This document shows positions 27,636 to 36,045 of a stretch of 64,000 nucleotides of DNA, piece by piece. The position numbers were made by a program, and so were the translations under genes. The notes under the pieces were generated by a model, which saw only the letters and a program-made list of their open reading frames with translations, searched no databases and was not told the origin of the DNA. Each line of letters opens with the position of its first letter. The first letter of the stretch is position 1. Source of the stretch: a virus; the IMG/VR virus record IMGVR_UViG_3300044981_000387, positions 56,728 to 120,727 of that record; one strand, written 5' to 3'.

Positions 27636-28004
27636 TTAGGAACCTACATCCAATCTAATTGTCTTTTTCTTATAATCTACATTGATGCCTACGATAGACA
27701 AATCTCCAATATCATGACCATAAATGCCATAACGACCGCAACCCATATCTGTATCCATAGTAGCATCTTCTACATCATAAGTCTTTTGATATGACTTACC
27801 AATCACAGAAAGTAGTTTAGTTAAACCCATACCATTTTTGCCAGTTCGGATTTTGTAGTGTGCTGGATAGCTTAAGGGATAATCGATCTTCAACTCGAAG
27901 GTTTGATTGGCTGGAAGTTTTTGGAACTCTTTTCTGCTCCAAATACCTAATAGATGCGTAACGGGAATAAACACCGTAATATTTTGTTTAGCTTTCTTTT
28001 TCAT
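27636..28004 (-). CDS. hypothetical protein
   Basis: 122 aa; IDYPLS, YGIYGHDIGDL. Confidence 0.65.
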   Translation of the reverse strand: MKKKAKQNITVFIPVTHLLGIWSRKEFQKLPANQTFELKIDYPLSYPAHYKIRTGKNGMGLTKLLSVIGKSYQKTYDVEDATMDTDMGCGRYGIYGHDIGDLSIVGINVDYKKKTIRLDVGS

Positions 28005-28257
28005 ATAGGTCTTTCATCTCTTCTAAATATTGATATTGTGCCTCCGAAGAATAATCGGGTGGAGATACTTTCTCCGCTACTTCCATTTCTATATCCCAGG
28101 CAGTCTCAAACTGAAAATCAAGAACGAAACCAGATAGCACAGTCCATAACCAGTTCTTACGCATGGAGACGATAGTCCATCCATACTTTTTACCACGAGT
28201 TTCCATGAATTCATGTATCTTTTCTGGCTTACCGAAAAACATTTCTTTCCTAATCAT
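27988..28257 (-). CDS. hypothetical protein
   Basis: 89 aa ORF. Confidence 0.55.
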   Translation of the reverse strand: MIRKEMFFGKPEKIHEFMETRGKKYGWTIVSMRKNWLWTVLSGFVLDFQFETAWDIEMEVAEKVSPPDYSSEAQYQYLEEMKDLYEKES

Positions 28258-29189
28258 TGAAAAAACTCCGCTTGATCTACGTATTGAATGCCGGCACGTG
28301 CCGCAAAGGTTTTGTCAGTAGTCATATCCCCGACAAAAATTGTATCTTTACGAGATAATTTGTGTTTCAACATGAACTCAACGAAAACACCAACCATAGG
28401 TTTGCGACAATAACAGCTAATTGGGGCAGATTGATGAGGACAAAATCGATACTCGATATCCAGGCCCAACTGCTGGTTAGTATAATCAAATAATTCCACA
28501 GCCTTCTCATAAGTTAATTCTCCTTTGGCTACACCACTTTGATTAGAAACCCCTAACAATAAATAACCTTTGTCTTTATAAGACTGCAACACTGCTTTAC
28601 GGTTAGGCTTCATTTCTATTTGTTCTTTAATCACTGGATACTTATCATTACCATTGATACACTCACGCAAGGTGCCGTCATAATCAACTATAACCGCCTT
28701 GTTGGTAAACTCGGGGTTTTCTTGTCGAACAAACTTAAAGACTTCTACCTTGGAAAAACCTTCCGATACTTCTGGTTTTTGGAAATCCTTCTTATACTTG
28801 AATAAAACCAAAGGAGGAAAAATATTAGGGTGTTTGGCACTTTTGATCTTTTCGGGTGTGGGGAACTCGCCCAGTAGCTTGATAGCTCGTTGCACCGCAT
28901 TGAACTGTGCCTCCTCAATAGAAGTTCCCATTAACACACAGCTAATATCGGCGCCATATCGTTTAGCCAATTCTATAAATGGCTTGCGAGTCTCGGCAGT
29001 GGCGAATAGGTTGTCCAGCACCACATCCTTACCACTAACTAATAAGTCTTGCATCTTGGGAAGTAAAGCAGCAATAGTGCCACCCTCTGTGTCCCTATTA
29101 AGGGAGACATAATTTTGAGCCACAAAATCTTTAGTTAAAGTTGACTTGCCGCTACTTGGGGCACCAACTACCATCTTAACTCTTGCCAT
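28254..29189 (-). CDS. second polynucleotide kinase + HAD-IIIA phosphatase
   Basis: GAPSSGKST, VVLDNL, VDYDGTL, VSNQSG, CYCRKP..G, FVGDMTTD. Confidence 0.88.
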   Translation of the reverse strand: MARVKMVVGAPSSGKSTLTKDFVAQNYVSLNRDTEGGTIAALLPKMQDLLVSGKDVVLDNLFATAETRKPFIELAKRYGADISCVLMGTSIEEAQFNAVQRAIKLLGEFPTPEKIKSAKHPNIFPPLVLFKYKKDFQKPEVSEGFSKVEVFKFVRQENPEFTNKAVIVDYDGTLRECINGNDKYPVIKEQIEMKPNRKAVLQSYKDKGYLLLGVSNQSGVAKGELTYEKAVELFDYTNQQLGLDIEYRFCPHQSAPISCYCRKPMVGVFVEFMLKHKLSRKDTIFVGDMTTDKTFAARAGIQYVDQAEFFQ

Positions 29190-29487
29190 TTTGTTTATCC
29201 CACTTAGCCAATTGCTTTTTATATTTCTTCAGCTCTTTATCAAAGTCTTTATTTTTGATTTCTTTTTCCCAGGCAATTTCAATCCAGACTTCATCGCCAT
29301 CTTCTTCATATTGATTCTCTTTCAGTTCTATGGTCACATCCATAGCGCCTTTAGGAATAACTTCTTTACACCATTCCAAAAAAGATATAAGAGAAACTTT
29401 AGAGCTAACATGATAGAAATGATAGTTAGCTGACCCTTTAGTTACAATTCTTTTAGCAGGTTTTATTGGCTTATCTATTAAGTTCAT
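29176..29487 (-). CDS. hypothetical protein
   Basis: 103 aa ORF. Confidence 0.6.
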   Translation of the reverse strand: MNLIDKPIKPAKRIVTKGSANYHFYHVSSKVSLISFLEWCKEVIPKGAMDVTIELKENQYEEDGDEVWIEIAWEKEIKNKDFDKELKKYKKQLAKWDKQNGKS

Positions 29488-29532
29488 ATAGTTTCAGAAT
29501 GATAGTATTCCATATCATTCCGAAATGATTGA

Positions 29533-30780
29533 TTACGGATGCGGATTAATCTGAAGGTCGCGAGCAGTCTTGACCATCAACATATCCACCACACCTTGAT
29601 TGAGGCCCGTGCCACCGGTTCCACCACTACCCACCACCGTATCCGGTGTTTGGCGTTGATTACCATAAGCATTGGCCCAAGCAATTTCAACTTGCTTGTA
29701 GACATCCAACTTCTCCAACACATAGTTATTAGCTCGCATAGCTAATCTCTTACTGTCGGCGTCAGCCTTGGCTTCCGTAACAGTCTGTTGTGCGGCTAAC
29801 TTAGCGGTTTCCAACGACAGGGCGGCGACGTCTCTATCCTTGGTGGCTTGAGTGACAGCGACTTCCTTATCCTTCTCAGCGGAAGTAACGGCGGTTGCCT
29901 TCTCAACTTCTTGTGCCCACTTAGCTTTGGCAGCTTCTGCTTTACCTTGCTGCTCCACAGTCAAAGTATCTTGTTCTGCTTTCTTAGCATTGACGATAGC
30001 TTGTTGCACAGCCATAATAGCCTCTTGCTGCTGCTTAATTTGGGCCTCTACTGCCGGATCATATTCAATACCATTGATGGTAATATTACTGGCATTCATA
30101 CCAAATCTCTGAATAGGACTATCCTCTTCACGCTCAATACCATTAGGAGAATGAGTATTTTGCTTCGGAATAACGATATCAACCACCTTCTCTTGTCCAG
30201 TCAATGGATCAGTGGTCTTAACCTGATCGTGCTCCGTACGATACACACCATAGATAATTTGGTCTGTGATGTAGTTAATTAAATCGGCACGCTTTTCGGC
30301 GTAAGACTCGCGAGAACTCATCAATGGTCCGGACATAAAGACGCTCTTATTAACTACCTGACGCACCAATTCGTGGTCAATAGCTTCCATTGAATGGTAG
30401 GTTTGGTGAAGAGCGATCATTTTGTTCTGATCGGTAGGTAGGGTATAACGAAGAGAACCAGAGATATTTCCGTGTCCACCGTCATTAAAACGAACCTTGA
30501 TACTATCGTCGGTTTCTTTTCCTTCATCTGTCTTGGCACTAAACCAAAGTTGAGCAGAACGCTTATAGCGCGTTACCGTTCCAAAGTTCTGCCAGTGCAC
30601 GCCTGAAGTATCCCATACATGAAGTTGTCCGCCGACAACATCTTGTTTAATAACAATTTCATCAGCACCTACTGTAGTGACGGAGTCGAAAACTACTATG
30701 AGTCCAACTACCAACACTACTACTCCAATCACTAACTTAACGATTAGGCTCGTTAAGCCGTTATTTTGTTGTGTAGCCAT
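29533..30780 (-). CDS. SPFH/Band 7 (prohibitin/flotillin-like) membrane protein
   Basis: N-terminal TM, VRFNDGG, Ala/Glu/Lys coiled-coil (KAEAAKAKWAQEVEKA). Confidence 0.85.
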   Translation of the reverse strand: MATQQNNGLTSLIVKLVIGVVVLVVGLIVVFDSVTTVGADEIVIKQDVVGGQLHVWDTSGVHWQNFGTVTRYKRSAQLWFSAKTDEGKETDDSIKVRFNDGGHGNISGSLRYTLPTDQNKMIALHQTYHSMEAIDHELVRQVVNKSVFMSGPLMSSRESYAEKRADLINYITDQIIYGVYRTEHDQVKTTDPLTGQEKVVDIVIPKQNTHSPNGIEREEDSPIQRFGMNASNITINGIEYDPAVEAQIKQQQEAIMAVQQAIVNAKKAEQDTLTVEQQGKAEAAKAKWAQEVEKATAVTSAEKDKEVAVTQATKDRDVAALSLETAKLAAQQTVTEAKADADSKRLAMRANNYVLEKLDVYKQVEIAWANAYGNQRQTPDTVVGSGGTGGTGLNQGVVDMLMVKTARDLQINPHP

Positions 30781-30783
30781 TTC

Positions 30784-31050
30784 TTATATTCTCCTATGCT
30801 TTTCTTGTTCTTCTACATCATCATCTTTAAGAACATCTTCATAGAGATGATCATAGAGTTTTTCAGCTTCTTTATTTAGGCGAGCTGCCTCAACATCAAG
30901 GCGGGCCTGCTCCAATCTTTCTTTAGCTTGTGCCAAGGAACTTTTCCTGCTCACGGGTAACAGTCGTTTAACAAATTGATAAAGCGGTACTCCAATGAAA
31001 AATACTACAGTCCCTAAAAGCAATAGCAATAAAATATCCTCGAATAACAT
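30784..31050 (-). CDS. single-TM protein, likely SPFH partner
   Basis: N-terminal TM and coiled coil, directly upstream of the SPFH gene. Confidence 0.6.
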   Translation of the reverse strand: MLFEDILLLLLLGTVVFFIGVPLYQFVKRLLPVSRKSSLAQAKERLEQARLDVEAARLNKEAEKLYDHLYEDVLKDDDVEEQEKHRRI

Positions 31051-31060
31051 TAATCCTCCA

Positions 31061-31083
31061 AATAAAAAACCAGCTTCCGCTGG
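31061..31083 (-). terminator. Rho-independent terminator
   Basis: CCAGC GGAA GCTGG TTTTTTATT downstream of trxA. Confidence 0.75.
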
Positions 31084-31115
31084 CTCTCATAAATATTCAG
31101 TTGTAATTTTACTTT

Positions 31116-31451
31116 TTAGTTAGTCTTAATAACTTTGCCAAATAATAAAGCATCTAACTCAGACAATGTCGTTAATCCGACTTTAGTTCCGGTTTGTTTG
31201 CCATTCTCAAAAATATAAAGACTGGGGACACCTCGAATACCAAACTTGGCGACTGTATTAGGTGCGTCATCAATATCTACTGATACCACCTTAATCTTGC
31301 CAATATTATTGGTAGCAAACTCTTCTATAATAGGAAGCTGTCTTTGGCAGGGCGCACACCATGTTGCGCCAAAATCTACTAACACTATTCCAGAATCACT
31401 CAATACTTCCGCCTCAAAATTACTATCATCAACTATTTTTACTTCGCTCAT
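31116..31451 (-). CDS. trxA: thioredoxin
   Basis: VDFGATWCAPC, FGIRGVPSL. Confidence 0.92.
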   Translation of the reverse strand: MSEVKIVDDSNFEAEVLSDSGIVLVDFGATWCAPCQRQLPIIEEFATNNIGKIKVVSVDIDDAPNTVAKFGIRGVPSLYIFENGKQTGTKVGLTTLSELDALLFGKVIKTN

Positions 31452-31469
31452 TAGATCCTCACATCGGGC

Positions 31470-31497
31470 AACATAAATCTTATAAATTGGCTGTCAA
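31470..31497 (-). promoter_or_regulatory. sigma70 promoter with conserved spacer box
   Basis: TTGACA GCCAATTTATAAGATT TATGTT. Confidence 0.7.
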
Positions 31498-31514
31498 GGG
31501 CTGCTGGAACCACC

Positions 31515-32621
31515 TTATTTTTTGATGGTTGTGCCGCCACATAAACTCTTAAACATGTCAAAAAATACAGTGCAATTATAGAGTTTATGTTTAGTAATGT
31601 CGTCGAATGAAAACGAATTATACAATCCCATTAGTTGTATTTCTTGTTCCACATTCTGTTTAATAAAGAATTGACACAGACGCTCTAAATAAGCTTCCCT
31701 CTTTTTAGTTTTTTCAGCAAAAACTTTTTGTTTGGTATAATAACAGGCAGCTACTACAAATACTACTTTTTCAGTGGGAGCCAAAGAACTGAAATCAAAA
31801 GATAAATTATTGTTGTCTATTAGGGCACGAACATATGGCTCAAACTTACGATAGTGTTCATACCATAACTTGAAGCGCAAACCCACCTCCCCTCCGACAT
31901 AACCAGAGATAATGTGAGTGACACTTTCTATATCCGCCATCTTCAACTCTTTAGTTTTAATTAGAGCTTCGGAAGCTAAAGTCCAACTGCGTGGTGACGG
32001 AGAAGCATAAGCAGTGTCGGCTATTTCTCCACAAGCAAAAGTAGGATCACTGCGCAAAAATCCTAGAATCAGATCGTGAACTCCGTTACTTTTACACCAA
32101 TCAATCCATTGACTGAAATCAAAAGTTAAGATATACTTAGCGCCCCTATCTAATAGAGCGCTAGAAATCTGATTGGAGTAAGTGCCTTCATTTAATAAAT
32201 TGCCGGTTAAGATACAAGCTACGGCATTGATGGGCCTTCCATTGATCTTCTTAAAAAGCAAAATCTCTAATAAAGGAGCCGTTACTTCTGGTGGAGCCTT
32301 ATCCACTTCATCAAATAAAATTATACTATCCGGCTTTTTACCTTCTTGTAGAGGAGGTAAAAAATATGGAGACTTAAAGTTAATAATATCTCCCGGCACA
32401 CTCATATCAGGATAACCCGCTAAATCAGGCCTTTCTATCACGCTCAAATTAACATAAATAATTCGTAACTTACATTCTTGGGCAGCCTGAATGGCTATGG
32501 CTGTCTTTCCAGTTCCTCTCCTACCGAAAAGGAAAATATTTTGTCCCGCCCCAATAAAAAACTTGGTTAAGTTTAATGCTTGAATCTGGTCTATTTCCGG
32601 TAAATTAAGAGCGTTGGTCAT
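31515..32621 (-). CDS. MoxR-like AAA+ ATPase, paralog A
   Basis: GRRGTGKT, LFDEVDK, TGN, ALLDR, SPRSW. Confidence 0.88.
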   Translation of the reverse strand: MTNALNLPEIDQIQALNLTKFFIGAGQNIFLFGRRGTGKTAIAIQAAQECKLRIIYVNLSVIERPDLAGYPDMSVPGDIINFKSPYFLPPLQEGKKPDSIILFDEVDKAPPEVTAPLLEILLFKKINGRPINAVACILTGNLLNEGTYSNQISSALLDRGAKYILTFDFSQWIDWCKSNGVHDLILGFLRSDPTFACGEIADTAYASPSPRSWTLASEALIKTKELKMADIESVTHIISGYVGGEVGLRFKLWYEHYRKFEPYVRALIDNNNLSFDFSSLAPTEKVVFVVAACYYTKQKVFAEKTKKREAYLERLCQFFIKQNVEQEIQLMGLYNSFSFDDITKHKLYNCTVFFDMFKSLCGGTTIKK

Positions 32622-32655
32622 ATTTGCCTTATGATATCATAAGACTATATAACCT

Positions 32656-32883
32656 TCAATTGAGTCCTAGAGCTTTCCGGTCTTTAATTTCAGTTAATAG
32701 TTCGGGAATATACAAAGAAGAATCGAAAGTTTGGATGGCAGCTTGCCCTAAAATATTATCACCTTTTTGGGCTTCCTTAATGGCCTCTTCTAATTCTTTA
32801 GCAGCGGCTTCCGCAGATAAAGTAATAGAAAATAAATGCCATTTGTGAGTGGGTCTACTTTTAATATAAATGCCATGTATCAT
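32656..32883 (-). CDS. hypothetical protein
   Basis: 75 aa ORF. Confidence 0.6.
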   Translation of the reverse strand: MIHGIYIKSRPTHKWHLFSITLSAEAAAKELEEAIKEAQKGDNILGQAAIQTFDSSLYIPELLTEIKDRKALGLN

Positions 32884-32886
32884 ATT

Positions 32887-33438
32887 TTACGCCTTTATGT
32901 TTTCTAACAGCATATTACAAAACAGTTGGCCTTGTTCAATCGCGTCATCTACCGCCACATGAGTGTGTGGCGCATCAGAAAACCATCGTTTAGGCATATT
33001 CTTTTTGGTAGACTGTCGATACTCCGTTTTCATGAGAGCCATACTATATGTCTTAATATCCAAAGCTGAAAAAGAAAATGGACTCTTGAGTCCAAAATGG
33101 ATAATATAATGATAAACGAACATGAAATCAAAGGTGGCTGGATAGCCAACAAAAACTGGCTTGCCTGGTTGCTTATTGACCCAAGATATAAATTGTTCCA
33201 TAGCTTGTTGGGGATCGCGAACATCTTGTCGAGTGGCTTCATAAGCCTCTTGATTGTCTGACCAGAACTTCATAGTGTCTGGGTCTTCTGAGGCCTCTGG
33301 CAAAGTTCTTAAATTGGCAGAAAAGGTAGATAGCAACTTACCCTCAGAGGTAAAAGCAGCGGCTCCTAAAGATAACATGGAATAGTCACCAGGGATGGGA
33401 CCGTTCGATTCTATGTCACATGATATATAGGTTTCCAT
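32887..33438 (-). CDS. DEDD 3'-5' exoribonuclease (Rv2179c-like)
   Basis: SCDIESNGP, FDFMF, LDIKT, HVAVDDAIEQ. Confidence 0.88.
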   Translation of the reverse strand: METYISCDIESNGPIPGDYSMLSLGAAAFTSEGKLLSTFSANLRTLPEASEDPDTMKFWSDNQEAYEATRQDVRDPQQAMEQFISWVNKQPGKPVFVGYPATFDFMFVYHYIIHFGLKSPFSFSALDIKTYSMALMKTEYRQSTKKNMPKRWFSDAPHTHVAVDDAIEQGQLFCNMLLENIKA

Positions 33439-33441
33439 AAT

Positions 33442-34545
33442 TTATCTTCCTTCTAAAGACTGTTCTACCAAACAAATGCACAATTGATCCAATAGCTTAA
33501 TATTTGGCTGATTAGGTAATGTAGATTTTAGATAAGCCGACTTCACTTCATTTTCTACTTGATCGGCATAATCCACCAATTTATCAAAACTCCAGGCTCC
33601 AGTCTTGATCGCCATCAATTCTTCTCGATCGTCTGTGCGTTTAACTTGCACTTTACCAGTTTCTAAAATCTCTTTTCCCATCCTTAAAAGACGCACAAGC
33701 TGTGTGGCATGTTTAAGATCGAACCCATATTTAGCCTCTAATTCGGCGCGTTTGGGGTTTCTATTTTTCTTCCATGACTGATAAGAGTGCCAATCGCTAA
33801 CCTTGTTTTCGTATTCTTTTTCCTTCTTAATAATGGCTATCAAATTATCATCTAATCCAATAGTACGAGCTGCCGCCAACCATTTATCATCCGAAGTAAT
33901 TTGCATCTCGGTTAAAATGTCTGCTACTTTTCCTTGCAAATATATCTTCTGACTATCGGTGAATGGCTCGAAGTCAGGATTCCAGCTTTCCAATTTCTTG
34001 GCAATTAAACTTTTAACCACATCGAATTGGTTTTTATCGATCATTGGTTTAATAGGTAGCCCCATCTCTTGTCTGGTTGGCGGAACTGACATAGGGTTCA
34101 ATAACCATTTGCGGTGGTTTTTTATCCTATGGGCTTGAGATTTGGCAAAACCAATATACCTTTCTTTTAACTGTTTAGATAAAAACTCCTCCTTATGTTC
34201 GAGAAGGGCTTGTCCAGCTTCCGAAACTATTATATGATCAGAAGGATCAGTAAATAAAATATCGATGCAGTTTGGGTTTCCCATAGAAAGGAGATTAAAA
34301 AACTTTGTAATCTCAAAAATAGTAGTATCTGGCTCTTTTATTTCAGCTTGCTCAAACCTCGAATTAAAACCCAACAAATATGGTTTGGTTGGAATACATA
34401 CACCACGATAATCCCAATCGGATGTCTCTGTTTCTAGTCCATATGCCCTGCTACCAGATAGAGTAAAAAAGATAGTATTATCCCGTATCCAACTTAAATG
34501 TGGACTATTTTTGGCAATCAAATCTAATACAGGATGTTTACTCAT
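33442..34545 (-). CDS. Pol-beta-superfamily nucleotidyltransferase (RlaP-like)
   Basis: GSRAYGL..ETSDWDYRG, GNPNCIDIL, KHATQLVRLL..G.EIL. Confidence 0.88.
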   Translation of the reverse strand: MSKHPVLDLIAKNSPHLSWIRDNTIFFTLSGSRAYGLETETSDWDYRGVCIPTKPYLLGFNSRFEQAEIKEPDTTIFEITKFFNLLSMGNPNCIDILFTDPSDHIIVSEAGQALLEHKEEFLSKQLKERYIGFAKSQAHRIKNHRKWLLNPMSVPPTRQEMGLPIKPMIDKNQFDVVKSLIAKKLESWNPDFEPFTDSQKIYLQGKVADILTEMQITSDDKWLAAARTIGLDDNLIAIIKKEKEYENKVSDWHSYQSWKKNRNPKRAELEAKYGFDLKHATQLVRLLRMGKEILETGKVQVKRTDDREELMAIKTGAWSFDKLVDYADQVENEVKSAYLKSTLPNQPNIKLLDQLCICLVEQSLEGR

Positions 34546-34753
34546 GACTAATTAACCACTTCAATTCTTTTCCACTATATTCACAACGTGACCATACCAA
34601 TTTTCTGTTTTGTCTTTTACGACGAGTATGTGTGCGTAATATAATACTATTCTTATAGATACCTACGCCCGCTTTACATTTAGGACATACCACATAGCCT
34701 TGGAAACCAGATATGTATTGCATAAAGTTATGCCCAAGATTTTCCACAACCAC
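34538..34753 (-). CDS. hypothetical zinc-ribbon protein
   Basis: CPKC...H...C. Confidence 0.5.
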   Translation of the reverse strand: MVVENLGHNFMQYISGFQGYVVCPKCKAGVGIYKNSIILRTHTRRKRQNRKLVWSRCEYSGKELKWLISHE

Positions 34754-35048
34754 AAGTATGTTGTGCCTGAGGATTATTAAACTTAAAACCGGCTCCCGTT
34801 AAACCTTCTACATAATCAATTTCCGTACCATCTAAATATTGGAAAGATATCATATCTATGACTATCTTAACGTCATTTTGTTCAATAACTTCATCAGTAT
34901 CTTGGATCTGATCATCAAAAGCCATATCGGTCATATAACCGGCGCAGCCGCCGCCCTTAACCCCTATACGAACAATATTATAGCCAATACCTTCTGCTTC
35001 CGATAATTCTTTAATCTGCTCTACGGCTTTGGCAGTAATGGTAATCAT
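34728..35048 (-). CDS. iscA: A-type Fe-S cluster carrier (IscA/HesB)
   Basis: GVKGGGCAG, IDYVEGLTGAGFKFNNP, CGCGKSW. Confidence 0.93.
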   Translation of the reverse strand: MITITAKAVEQIKELSEAEGIGYNIVRIGVKGGGCAGYMTDMAFDDQIQDTDEVIEQNDVKIVIDMISFQYLDGTEIDYVEGLTGAGFKFNNPQAQHTCGCGKSWA

Positions 35049-36032
35049 TTATTCGTCCTCGAACTCGTCCTCAAAAGGATACTTATCTTCTTTTTCTTCA
35101 TGATCATAACAGTTAGAGCATAACTCTTCATCAAGATCACATTCTTCTCCACATGATTCACAGAAGTTTTCTTCTTCCTCATAACACTCACAATGCTCGA
35201 TGCAGCAACAACATTCTTCACAGTCTATGATATCATCGCAGTATTCGCACATGTCATCTGGATCTATTTCTTCACTATCTACGGGGACAAAATAGTCAGG
35301 ATCAACCACACGTAAAGAACTGCCAGTATGTTCGGCGTCCACTACACCTAATACCTTATAGGAACAAACGCGCATTTTTGCCTGATTGTAATCACTAGGT
35401 ATGGCCACCACATTCGCCGGATTAACTTCCACCTCTAACATTTGGCCACCAGAATAGAAGTTGGAAGCGTAGTCATAATTAGCCACATGCAAACCATTAC
35501 TACAAGTACGAGAAGAATCTTCATCAACTTGATTGCGTGGTACTTCTACTATTGCGCCCGGAGAGTTGTCAAAAGTGCCAGTGTGAACATCCTTAAAATC
35601 TTCACGCACTTTTTTGTAAGCAATGAAATTACCATTTTCCGTGAAGGGATGGTCATTCTTTTCCAAAAACTGGAAGAGTTCATTGACAGAACGATAAGAT
35701 GGGTTGCCCTGTAAGTTTTCTGCAAACTTGACCAAAGGCTCATATGGAAGGCCCTCGTCAATAAACTTCTGAATCTTCTTGGCTAATTCAGCAGGAACTT
35801 TAACGCCCTTAACCAAAAGCTCACCGTCCCTAACTACCACATTACCCTTGGACTTTTTTTCCATAGCCTTGGCAACAGACACTAAATCGGGGATTTTCTC
35901 AAAACGTTGTTCTTTGATAGCTAGAATTAGGTCGGTAGCTAAAGGATCGCTACGCTTAACGATATGTGTTTGTCCCTTGTAATTGACCGTAACATTCTGA
36001 TCAGTAATAAACCAATTAACTTTTAATGACAT
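35049..36032 (-). CDS. rIIB: rIIB-like protein with acidic Cys-rich tail
   Basis: ELFQFLE, GNFIAYKKV, VPRNQVDED...CSNGLHV, MRVCSYKV; directly follows rIIA-like gene. Confidence 0.8.
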   Translation of the reverse strand: MSLKVNWFITDQNVTVNYKGQTHIVKRSDPLATDLILAIKEQRFEKIPDLVSVAKAMEKKSKGNVVVRDGELLVKGVKVPAELAKKIQKFIDEGLPYEPLVKFAENLQGNPSYRSVNELFQFLEKNDHPFTENGNFIAYKKVREDFKDVHTGTFDNSPGAIVEVPRNQVDEDSSRTCSNGLHVANYDYASNFYSGGQMLEVEVNPANVVAIPSDYNQAKMRVCSYKVLGVVDAEHTGSSLRVVDPDYFVPVDSEEIDPDDMCEYCDDIIDCEECCCCIEHCECYEEEENFCESCGEECDLDEELCSNCYDHEEKEDKYPFEDEFEDE

Positions 36033-36045
36033 ATTATTCTCCTGA

